From an uncultured Gammaproteobacteria bacterium (GTDB taxonomy: Bacteria > Patescibacteriota > Patescibacteriia > UBA9934), in assembly GCA_964552565.1 (NCBI GenBank), contig CAZKGL010000001.1:307061-371060 (forward strand): a DNA stretch of 64,000 nt, in the 5' to 3' direction. The translations under genes were made by a program, and so were the position numbers. This document shows, piece after piece, positions 55,589 to 64,000 of the stretch. Numbering within the stretch: position 1 is the first letter of the stretch; each line of letters starts with the position of its first letter. The notes below the pieces were generated by a model, which saw only the letters and a list, made by a program, of their open reading frames with translations, made no database searches and had not been told where the DNA came from.

Positions 55589-57049
55589 ATGACCATCCGC
55601 ACCCGTATCGCGCCGTCGCCGACCGGCTTCATGCATATCGGCACGCTCCGTACCGTCATGTTCGACTACTTCGTCGCACGCCAGGCCGGCGGCCAGTTCA
55701 TCGTGCGCATCGAGGATACGGACCAGGGGCGCTTTGTCCCGGGTGCACTTGAGAGTTTGCTTGGCACGTTCCAAAAGCTTGGCATCGATTACGACGAGGG
55801 GCCGGCGTTGCAGCCGGACGGCAGCGTCTCCGAAAAGGGCGACTACGGCCCGTACACGCAGTCGAAGCGCTTGGATATCTATACGAAGTACGCGGAGCAG
55901 CTGGTGGATGCCGGGCACGCGTACGCCTGCTTCTGTTCGTCCGAGCGGCTCGAGGAGATGCGCGCGGCACAGACTGCGGCCAAACAGACGCCGAAGTACG
56001 ACCGCCGCTGCCTCGCCCTCGCGAAGGACGAGGTCGCCTCGCGCCTTGCCGCGGGCGAACCGCACGTCATCCGCATGAAGATCCCCGAAGGCACTGTCGC
56101 ATTCGAGGACGCAATCCGCGGACGCATCGAGTTCAACCTTGCCGACGTCGACGACCAGGTCATCGTGAAGTCGGACGGCTTCGCGACGTACCATCTTGCC
56201 GTTGTCGTCGACGACCACCTCATGAAGATCTCGCACGTGCTCCGCGGCGAAGAGTGGATCTCGTCGACGCCGAAGCAGATCGTGCTCCACGACATGCTCG
56301 GGTGGACGATGCCGGTGTACGCGCATGTCCCGCTCATCCTCAACCCGGACAAGACGAAGCTGTCGAAGCGCAAGGGCGACGTCTCCGTCGAAAGCTATCT
56401 CGCGAAGGGCTATCTTCCGGAGGCGCTCATCAACTTTATCAGCACGCTCGGCTTCAACCCGAAGTCCGACCAGGAGATCTACACGCGCGACGAACTTGTG
56501 CGGCTGTTCGACCTGTCGAAGGTCAACCGCGGCGGCGCCGTGATGAACATCGACAAGCTCGATTGGATGAACCACCACTACATCATGCAGCTTTCGGACG
56601 ACGCGCTGTACGAGGCGGTTCGGCCGTTCGGCGTCGATGCCACGACGGATGTCGCCCGCCGCGCGCTGCGCACGGAGCGCGCCCGCGTCAACCGCCTCAC
56701 GGAATTCGCGGAAAAGATCGCCCCGTACCTTGCGTTGCCCGTCTATGACCCCGCCGTCCTCGTATGGAAAAAGGCGGACAAGGCCGACGCCGTTGCGCAA
56801 CTGACGAACGTCGGGACGTTTCTTGCGGAGGTATCGGACGAAACGTTTGCGCAAACCGCGCTTCTCGAAGGGGCGCTGAAGGAGTATATTGAAGGCAACG
56901 GGCTGTCGAACGGCAACGTGCTCTGGCCGTTGCGCGTCGCGCTCTCCGGGCTGGAGAAGTCGGCGAGTCCGTACGAGCTCCTGTGGGCGCTCGGCAAGAC
57001 CGAATCCCTTGCGCGCATCGCTGCCGCGCTTGGGCGACTTAACGCCTAG
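55589..57049 (+). CDS. gltX: Glutamyl-tRNA synthetase
   Basis: RIAPSPTGFMHIG, RIEDTD, VVDDH..ISHVLRGEEW, KLSKR. Confidence 0.97.
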   Translation: MTIRTRIAPSPTGFMHIGTLRTVMFDYFVARQAGGQFIVRIEDTDQGRFVPGALESLLGTFQKLGIDYDEGPALQPDGSVSEKGDYGPYTQSKRLDIYTKYAEQLVDAGHAYACFCSSERLEEMRAAQTAAKQTPKYDRRCLALAKDEVASRLAAGEPHVIRMKIPEGTVAFEDAIRGRIEFNLADVDDQVIVKSDGFATYHLAVVVDDHLMKISHVLRGEEWISSTPKQIVLHDMLGWTMPVYAHVPLILNPDKTKLSKRKGDVSVESYLAKGYLPEALINFISTLGFNPKSDQEIYTRDELVRLFDLSKVNRGGAVMNIDKLDWMNHHYIMQLSDDALYEAVRPFGVDATTDVARRALRTERARVNRLTEFAEKIAPYLALPVYDPAVLVWKKADKADAVAQLTNVGTFLAEVSDETFAQTALLEGALKEYIEGNGLSNGNVLWPLRVALSGLEKSASPYELLWALGKTESLARIAAALGRLNA

Positions 57050-57052
57050 TCC

Positions 57053-58261
57053 ATGCACCGCGGAGGAATCGCATGCATCGCAACCATCCTCTTTGCCGCC
57101 GTCCTCATCTTGGCCGGCGGCCCTCAGGCGTTTGCAGAAACGTCGTCGGAAGAAATCAACGAGATGAAGTCGGAGATCGACGAGCGGCGCGCAAGCATCG
57201 ATGACATCAACCGCAAGCTTGACGCGTACCGCGAGAAGATCACGCAGTACTCGTCGCAATCCGCGTCGCTCATGAACGATATCGCGCTTATTGAAAACCA
57301 GGCCGCGATGGCGGAGCTCGATATCGCGGCGACGCGCAACGAAATCGAAGCGCAAACGCTCGAAGTGTCGTTGCTTGAAGCGCGCATCCGCGAGCAGAAC
57401 GCGGAGCTCGACTCGCAGCGCGCTATGCTGTCGGGCATGCTGTTTTCGCTGCACCAGCACGAGGAGCGCGGTCTCGTCACGACGCTGTTCGGTTCGGACA
57501 GTTTTCACGAGGCGTTCGATAGCGTCGTCCAGCTTGAAGAGGTGAACGCCGGTCTCGCGCGCGCGGTCGATGCGACCAAGACGACGCGTGCAAACCTTGA
57601 AGCAGACAGGGCCGAGCACGAACTTAAGCTCGCGTCGCTGCTTGACCTGGAACGCGAGCTTGAAGAGCGCGTGCAGAAACTCGCCGTCCAGCAGGAGGCG
57701 AAGGAGGTGCTCGTCGCGCAGACGGCGTCGAGCGAGGCGGAGTACCGCACGCTCATGAGCGAACTCAGGCAAGAGCAGCAGTACATCGCGTCGCAGATCG
57801 CCAAGCTGCAGGCGGAGATGCAGGGAAAAATCGACGCGGCGGACGAGATGGGGGACTCCACGGTAATGACGTGGCCCCTCACTGGCATCATCACCACTAC
57901 ATTTCACGACCCTACCTACCCGTTCCGCCATTTGTTCGAGCACTCGGGGCTAGATATCGCGATCCCTGTCGGCACCTCGGTCGAGGCGTCGGCACCAGGC
58001 TACGTGGCGTGGGCCCGGACCGGCCGCCAATACGGCAACTACGTCATGATCATCCATGCGAACGGCATGGCGACGCTGTACGCGCACTTGATGCGCATCG
58101 ACGTCGTACCGGACCAGTACGTAACCCGAGGCGACCAGATCGGCCTTTCCGGCGGAAAGCCCGGCATGGCTGGCGCAGGCCTTTCAACCGGCCCCCATCT
58201 CCACTTTGAGATCCGCAAAGACGGTATTCCCGTCGACCCGATGCTGTACTTGGTCGATTAG
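57053..58261 (+). CDS. M23 family peptidase with long coiled coil
   Basis: Signal peptide, coiled coil, HSGLD, YAHL, TGPHLHFE. Confidence 0.92.
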   Translation: MHRGGIACIATILFAAVLILAGGPQAFAETSSEEINEMKSEIDERRASIDDINRKLDAYREKITQYSSQSASLMNDIALIENQAAMAELDIAATRNEIEAQTLEVSLLEARIREQNAELDSQRAMLSGMLFSLHQHEERGLVTTLFGSDSFHEAFDSVVQLEEVNAGLARAVDATKTTRANLEADRAEHELKLASLLDLERELEERVQKLAVQQEAKEVLVAQTASSEAEYRTLMSELRQEQQYIASQIAKLQAEMQGKIDAADEMGDSTVMTWPLTGIITTTFHDPTYPFRHLFEHSGLDIAIPVGTSVEASAPGYVAWARTGRQYGNYVMIIHANGMATLYAHLMRIDVVPDQYVTRGDQIGLSGGKPGMAGAGLSTGPHLHFEIRKDGIPVDPMLYLVD

Positions 58262-58724
58262 GATTTCGTCAGAATTTCTCTTTTGATTTCAGGGGTACTA
58301 GGATACCCCTGGTTTAATACAGCGCATTTAAATTGGTCGCGGTTTTTGGCGACGTGGCGGGGGAAGGGCCTCTTTGGTAGACGCGGATGTTTTTGGGGTT
58401 CGTCGGCGCTTGCATCGTACTGAGAGCTTCATAATTTTGCGATCGTGAAGTTATGAAGCTCGGCGAGCGTGGGAGTGTGGCTCGTGCCTCTGGTCGCTTC
58501 GTTTTTATAGGAGGAGGGGAGGATTGCGACACGTCGGTCTTGGACCGCCGGCGGCATTCCTGAGGTTATGGTTCTTGGAATGTATATTGTGCGACACTAT
58601 GGATCGCGTAGGCCAACATGCGGCGCCTGAGTCCTCCTCCCTCCCCCCACCCGACGATTTTTGACAACAGCAGCTGCTTGCACGTAAGAGTCCAAGTATG
58701 GTTTGCTATATGCAAATTTCTTTT

Positions 58725-60128
58725 ATGCAAAAAATCATTTCGCGTGCGGCGGCGTTTGTTGCACTCACGGCGCTCCTCGTTCCTTCGTCGACCGTCCGCG
58801 CGACAACCGACGTGTCCGGTAATGTCCCCCACGTGGTGTCGATCATTTGCGGCAACATCGTTGGGAATGATTACGTCGCGATTTCCCAGGGCTCGGGCGT
58901 CATCATCGGCGACAACGACATCATCACGAACGTCCACGTCATTACCGACGAGGACGGCGTCAGTTACCTGGAATGGTGCGTCGGCGGGACTGCGGAGAAT
59001 TCGTACAGCGAGCCGTATTACGCCTTTCTCCTCTACCCCACCGAGTTCGCGCGCAATGACGAGTACTTCGATTACGTGTTCATGGACGCCTACAACGACG
59101 ACGGCACGCCGTACGAGTTCGATTCGTACGCCGTCGCCGCGAACGCCGATTCCATGGTCCTGAGCGAGGACATCGTCCTCATGGGCTTTCCGGCCTCCGC
59201 GGGCTCGACCGTCACGGTGACCGAGGGCACGATAAGCGGCTACTACGGGACCAACTGGATCAAGACGGACGCCATTGCGGATTCGGGCAGCTCGGGCGGC
59301 GGCGCGTTCGACGTGGCCGGCAACCTATTCGGCATTCCGACGGCGGTCGTTGAGGGCGACTACAACTCCTACACGTACATCCAAAACATCAATGCGATTT
59401 TTGAGGACGCCTTCGGCGAGGATATCGCGGTGCGCGATTACGGCACCTTGTACGAGACAGAGAATATCTTCTGCCTCTACGACGTCTGTTACCAATACGC
59501 GCCGGACGAAAACACATGGGCGGAGAACCTCGAGGTCGATGAGGATGTGGTCGACGACGATGCTGAGGCGCTGATCGACGAGGTGGAAGACGATACGGAA
59601 GTGGAGGCGACCGAGGACGAAGCGGCCGCCGACGATGAACTCGTGTACACCGTCCCGGACCATGCGGTCTACGCTGAGGCGTCGTACGATGCGGCGATGC
59701 AATCGCGCGTCAAAGGCTACATCCTCCTCCAGGTACAGCAGCACGGCGAGGCGTGGTACGTGCACACGCAGGACGGCTTGCGCTACTACATGCGCGACGG
59801 CGCGATTGCCTACCAGATGATGCGCACCTTCGGCCTTGGCATCACGGATGCGGACCTCGAGGCTATCCCCGCGGTCGACACGGTCGAGGAGATGCGCACG
59901 GCGACGAGCGTGTGCAGTACGAACTCCCTAGCAAACCGCGTGAAGGGGCAGATCCTCCTCCAGGTGCAGCAGCACGGCGAGGCGTGGTACGTCCATCCGG
60001 ACACCTGCCGTCGCGTCTACATGAAAGACGGCGACGTCGCGTACTCGACGATGCGCTATCTCAGCCTCGGAATCACCGATGGCGATCTGGCAAAGCTTCC
60101 CTACTCGAGCGAATTGGAGATCAAGTGA
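58725..60128 (+). CDS. Secreted trypsin-like serine protease with duplicated C-terminal repeat domain
   Basis: GSG..ITNVHV, DSGSSGG; two copies of G.ILLQVQQHGEAWYVH; start 58698-58725. Confidence 0.85.
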   Translation: MQKIISRAAAFVALTALLVPSSTVRATTDVSGNVPHVVSIICGNIVGNDYVAISQGSGVIIGDNDIITNVHVITDEDGVSYLEWCVGGTAENSYSEPYYAFLLYPTEFARNDEYFDYVFMDAYNDDGTPYEFDSYAVAANADSMVLSEDIVLMGFPASAGSTVTVTEGTISGYYGTNWIKTDAIADSGSSGGGAFDVAGNLFGIPTAVVEGDYNSYTYIQNINAIFEDAFGEDIAVRDYGTLYETENIFCLYDVCYQYAPDENTWAENLEVDEDVVDDDAEALIDEVEDDTEVEATEDEAAADDELVYTVPDHAVYAEASYDAAMQSRVKGYILLQVQQHGEAWYVHTQDGLRYYMRDGAIAYQMMRTFGLGITDADLEAIPAVDTVEEMRTATSVCSTNSLANRVKGQILLQVQQHGEAWYVHPDTCRRVYMKDGDVAYSTMRYLSLGITDGDLAKLPYSSELEIK

Positions 60129-60129
60129 T

Positions 60130-60159
60130 ACAAGAGCGCGCCGTGGGGCGCGCTCTTGT
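60130..60159. terminator. Hairpin between convergent genes
   Basis: ACAAGAGCGCGCC-GTGG-GGCGCGCTCTTGT. Confidence 0.75.
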
Positions 60160-60635
60160 TATTTCTGCAGTGCAGCGAGGTCGCGGAGCACTTCGTCGAC
60201 GTGCCCACTGACCTTCACGTTCTCATATACCTTGCGGACGACGCCTTCAGGGTCGATGAGGAGCGTCGTGCGGACGATCCCCATGTATTTCTTCCCCATC
60301 ATCGACTTCTGTTGCCAGACTCCATACGCCTCGAGCGCCGTGCGGTCTTCATCCGACAGCACGGGAAAGTTCAGCTGTTCGACCTCCGCGAATTTGGCAT
60401 GGCGTTTGACGGAGTCTGCCGAAACGCCGAGCACCGCCGCGCCTGCGGCCTTCACGCGGCCGAGGTTGTCGCGGAAGTTGCACGCCTCGATGGTACAGCC
60501 CGGGGTCATGTCCTTCGGATAAAAGTAGAGGACGAGCCATGCGCCCGCATAGTCGCGGAGCGCGTGGGCGTTTCCCTCCTGGTCGTGGAGCGAGAACGCG
60601 GGTGCCTTTTTGCCGAGCAGTTCTGATGGATGCAT
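60159..60635 (-). CDS. bcp: Peroxiredoxin BCP/PrxQ
   Basis: LYFYPKDMTPGCTIEACNFRD. Confidence 0.95.
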   Translation of the reverse strand: MHPSELLGKKAPAFSLHDQEGNAHALRDYAGAWLVLYFYPKDMTPGCTIEACNFRDNLGRVKAAGAAVLGVSADSVKRHAKFAEVEQLNFPVLSDEDRTALEAYGVWQQKSMMGKKYMGIVRTTLLIDPEGVVRKVYENVKVSGHVDEVLRDLAALQK

Positions 60636-60636
60636 A

Positions 60637-61521
60637 TTATCGCGATTTGATATAGACGTGATTGCCGAAACGCAGGTCGACATACTCGAGTGACGCGAGC
60701 GGCTGTTCGCTGCCATGCCGGAATGCGTCGAACATGGCCAGCGTCTCGGTAAGGTCGAGCGTGAGGTCAACAAGGATCGCGGTGTCGGATGTTTCCGCGG
60801 TTGTCCAAGGCGACGAGGCCTCCTCGACCGTGTACCGGAGCGGCACAAGCTCACGGTCGCGCAACGCGGCATCGAGTGTCAAGATCCGTTCGAGCATAAG
60901 GGACGAGAGGACCGGCTGCCCGAGCGTCACGGTTTCTCCCTTCAGGTTTTCAATGATCGGCATGGTGGGCTGCAGTCCGGGGGCAAACGGCACGTCCGCA
61001 GCGTTCGCCACGCGCGCCGTAATCTGCGCCTTGGCCTCTTCGCTCGCCTCGCTCACCGCGATCCCCGTGAGGTCGACGAGGGATGTGGCCCCCGCGGAGA
61101 TCCACGCGACCTGCGTGATACGTTCTTTCGCATCGATGACGAGCGTACGGCCTTCGCGCCGGAGCGTGAGCGATGCGAAATTGTAGGCCGCCTGGAGGTC
61201 GTGTTCGATGCGGCCGCGATGGGCAAAGACGAGATGGCGGCCGGGGATGACGAGGAGCCGCCGTTTGTCGAGCGTCGTTTCGACCGTGGCGCGGACGTCG
61301 TCGACGGAGAGCGTGGTCAGCCCGTCGATGCGGACATCGCGATACGCCAAGAACGGCGCGAAGAGGAACAGGCTGCCCGCACCGACGACGATCGCCAGGA
61401 ATACGGCCAGGACGATGCCGCGCGGGATGCGCCGAGGCTCATGCGAAAAAAACGGGTTGCGCAGCTTGCGCCCCGAGTATGCGTGTGCTTGGAACGATCG
61501 GGTGAAGTTCCGATGCTTCAT
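60637..61521 (-). CDS. FtsQ/DivIB-like cell division protein
   Basis: Single TM, POTRA-like region, C-terminal YVDLRFGNHVY. Confidence 0.8.
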   Translation of the reverse strand: MKHRNFTRSFQAHAYSGRKLRNPFFSHEPRRIPRGIVLAVFLAIVVGAGSLFLFAPFLAYRDVRIDGLTTLSVDDVRATVETTLDKRRLLVIPGRHLVFAHRGRIEHDLQAAYNFASLTLRREGRTLVIDAKERITQVAWISAGATSLVDLTGIAVSEASEEAKAQITARVANAADVPFAPGLQPTMPIIENLKGETVTLGQPVLSSLMLERILTLDAALRDRELVPLRYTVEEASSPWTTAETSDTAILVDLTLDLTETLAMFDAFRHGSEQPLASLEYVDLRFGNHVYIKSR

Positions 61522-62666
61522 ACGACAACCCGCGGCAAGTGCGCGCTGATGCGCGTCACCACCTCATAGTTGATTGTAGCAAGTTTTTCCGCAATCTCCT
61601 CGGCCGAGACGGTCCCGATCCCTTCCCTGCCGATGATGGTCGCGACATCGTCCGGTTTGACCTGGGCGATCGCGGAGACGTCGACCATGGCCATGTTCAT
61701 GCAGACGCGGCCGACGACCGGGCACGGACGGCCGTGGACAAGCACTTTGCCGCCGTTCGACAGCCCGCGGTCGAACCCGTCGTAATAGCCGACCGGGAGC
61801 ACCGCGATGCGCATGGGGCGGTTGGCGATGAAGGTGCGGTCATAGCCGATGCCCCCGCCTGCAGGCACGTCTTTTACCTGCGCGATGCGCGCTTTCCAGG
61901 ACAGCACGGGCGTGAGTTCACACGCCCTGCCGCGCTGCACGGCGATCTTGATGTCACGGCTCGGCCACAGGCCGTACAACGCAATACCCGCGCGTACCAT
62001 GGTGCCTTGGACATGGCGCGCGAAAATCGTCGCCGCACTGTTTGCCGCGTGGACGAACGGGACCTCGATGCCGTACGTGTGGCAGAGCGCGCGTGCCTCC
62101 TCGAGCGCGGCGAACTGTGTATCGACGATGTGCTGGCTCGCCACATCTTCGGCGGACGAGAGGTGCGTGGAAATCCCGACGAGCATGGCGCTGCGCTGCG
62201 CGCGCTGGATGCGCTGGAGAAGCGACGGGAGGGCGCGCAGGGGCACGCCGAGGCGGTTCAGCCCGGTCTCGACCTCGATGTTGATGAGCGCGGTGCCTTG
62301 CGCGGCGACCGCGGCCTCGATAAGCGCGTCGACGCCGGCTTCGTCGTACAGGTGCGCGACGGCGCGGCATGCGACGACGTCGGCCATGCGCTCATGCGGC
62401 ACCATGCCGGCGATGAAGATTGCGGCCTCCGGCGCGTGGCGGCGCACGACGTTCGCCTCGTCGATGCTGTCGACGCCGAAGTGCCCTACCCCCGCCTCGT
62501 GGAGGAGCCGCGTCGTCAATGCAATGTCGTGGCCGTATGCGTTTGCCTTGACGAATGCGCAAAGCGAGACACCCGGTTCGAGCGCGGCACGCAGTGTGGC
62601 GACATTTGCATGAAGAGCCGGGCGGGAAATCTCCACCCAGCTCCGCATTCCCAAGGGGATGTGCAC
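61518..62666 (-). CDS. alr: Alanine racemase
   Basis: VKANAYGH, ETGLNRLG, HAANSAA, GYYDG, GRVCMN, TINYE. Confidence 0.96.
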   Translation of the reverse strand: MHIPLGMRSWVEISRPALHANVATLRAALEPGVSLCAFVKANAYGHDIALTTRLLHEAGVGHFGVDSIDEANVVRRHAPEAAIFIAGMVPHERMADVVACRAVAHLYDEAGVDALIEAAVAAQGTALINIEVETGLNRLGVPLRALPSLLQRIQRAQRSAMLVGISTHLSSAEDVASQHIVDTQFAALEEARALCHTYGIEVPFVHAANSAATIFARHVQGTMVRAGIALYGLWPSRDIKIAVQRGRACELTPVLSWKARIAQVKDVPAGGGIGYDRTFIANRPMRIAVLPVGYYDGFDRGLSNGGKVLVHGRPCPVVGRVCMNMAMVDVSAIAQVKPDDVATIIGREGIGTVSAEEIAEKLATINYEVVTRISAHLPRVVV

Positions 62667-62667
62667 A

Positions 62668-63930
62668 TTAGTATTTCGGCGTCAGCACCGACTTGCCCAT
62701 GGAGGCCTGGAGTACGTCCGGGACGCGCACGGAGCCGTCGGCCTCCTGGTAGTTTTCGAGGATCGCGGCGATCGGGCGGCCCGAGAACGCGGTCCCGTTC
62801 ACCGTGTGCACGAACGCCACGCCCTCTTCGGTGCGGTAGCGCGTGTTGAGGCGGCGTGCCTGGAAGTCAGTGCAGTTGCTCGTCGAATGCGTTTCGCGGT
62901 AGCGCTCCTGTGCCGGGAACCACGCCTCGATGTCCCATTTCTTCGCCGCCGGGAGCCCGAGGTCGCCGGAGACGATGTCGAGCACGTGGTACGGGAGCCC
63001 GAGCGCTTGCATGAGCTCTTCTTCGATCGCGAGCATCATCGCGTGCTCGTCCGCAGACTGTTCTGGCGTGCAGAAGCTGAACATCTCGACCTTGGTGAAC
63101 TGGTGGAGGCGAATGATGCCCTTCGTGTCCTTGCCGTAGCTGCCGGACTCGCGGCGGTAGCACGGCGAGATGCCGACGTAGCGCAACGGCAGGCTGCCCG
63201 CATCCAGGATTTCGTCCGTGTGCATTGGTCCGATCGCCTGTTCCGACGTGCCGATGAGGTAGAGGTTGTCTTTTGCAAGGTAGTAAATTTCGTCGTGGCC
63301 GCCGTGCTCGAGGTAGCCCATGGCGCGCATCGCTTTTGCGCTGACGAGGTGCGGCACCGTCACCGGGACGAACCCGTGCTTCACTGCAGTTTTTACCGCG
63401 AGGTCGATGAGCGCAAGTTCGAGCAGCGCCCCGTCGCCGACGAAATAGGTGAACCGGGAGCCGCTGACCTTTGCCGCGCGCGCGGTGTCGATGATGCCGA
63501 GGGATTCGCCGAGCGACAGGTGATCTTTTGGCGTGAAATCGAATTTCCGCGGCTCGCCGACGGTACGGATGGCGACGTTTTCTTCGTCGGTTTTCCCGAT
63601 ACGGACGTCCGGCAACGGCGCGTTGGGGATTTTGTACAGCAACTCCGTCAGCTCTTCCTCGAGCGGCGCAAACTCCGCCTGCAGCTGTTCGGCGCGCCGG
63701 TCGAGCGGGCGCATCTCTTCGATGAGCGCCTTTCGCTCCTCGGGGCTGGCTTTCGCGATGCGCTTCGACGCCTCGTTTTTTTGCGCGGCGATCGCTTCGA
63801 TCTCGCCCTTCAGGCCGCGCACGCGGCGGTCGAGGTCGAGGATGCGGTCGATATCGACCTCCACGTTTTTCGCTTTCGCGGCGTCGCGGATAAGGTTCGG
63901 AGTTTCTCGCAAGACTTTCAGGTCGATCAT
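62668..63930 (-). CDS. serS: Seryl-tRNA synthetase
   Basis: LIGTSEQ, YRRESGSYGKDTKGIIRLHQF, SNCTDFQARR, HTVNGT. Confidence 0.98.
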   Translation of the reverse strand: MIDLKVLRETPNLIRDAAKAKNVEVDIDRILDLDRRVRGLKGEIEAIAAQKNEASKRIAKASPEERKALIEEMRPLDRRAEQLQAEFAPLEEELTELLYKIPNAPLPDVRIGKTDEENVAIRTVGEPRKFDFTPKDHLSLGESLGIIDTARAAKVSGSRFTYFVGDGALLELALIDLAVKTAVKHGFVPVTVPHLVSAKAMRAMGYLEHGGHDEIYYLAKDNLYLIGTSEQAIGPMHTDEILDAGSLPLRYVGISPCYRRESGSYGKDTKGIIRLHQFTKVEMFSFCTPEQSADEHAMMLAIEEELMQALGLPYHVLDIVSGDLGLPAAKKWDIEAWFPAQERYRETHSTSNCTDFQARRLNTRYRTEEGVAFVHTVNGTAFSGRPIAAILENYQEADGSVRVPDVLQASMGKSVLTPKY

Positions 63931-64000
63931 ATGTGCGGGGTGCGCCGGAGTGACGACTTATATGTTTCGGGTTCGTGGGCGGCGGCGACGATGATGTTCG

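Noticed and set aside
1-64000. Alternative genetic code (UGA read as Gly)
   Set aside because: TGA terminates conserved genes normally (e.g. murJ, sanA, ribH) and ORFs are intact under code 11.

Overview
High-GC bacterial chromosomal segment using standard code 11, most consistent with a Patescibacteria/CPR (ABY1/Uhrbacteria-like) genome. This is an inference from the CPR-type VirD4/HerA-like ATPase, short AlaRS, RpoA without a CTD, helicase-degenerate PriA and CPR-type surface repeats. Most of the window is housekeeping: cysS end, dnaX, ribH, dus, mutY, era, murJ, alaS, the infA-rpmJ-rpsM-rpsK-rpsD-rpoA-rplQ-rplM-rpsI cluster, a polysaccharide locus, fmt/def/priA, clpB with a CIRCE, gltX, alr, serS, tRNA-Gln(CTG) and tRNA-Arg(CCG). 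Unexplained structure: (1) an array at about 22.9-26.7 kb of 11 small membrane-protein ORFs separated by six (plus one degenerate) structured spacers whose left and right halves are reassorted around an invariant CGGCCGAA core, with no recombinase in the window; (2) a non-canonical tRNA-like cloverleaf (629-706) preceded by a multi-stem AT-rich region carrying a perfect 10-nt complement of its anticodon loop; (3) a four-copy, about 90-105 bp structured repeat with compensatory changes; (4) short repeats inserted in frame into housekeeping genes; (5) a triplicated terminator bracketing a Doc/antitoxin-MFS insertion; (6) a CarF/TMEM189 desaturase in a lineage not expected to make lipids. All calls come from reading the sequence by eye; no database searches were run.
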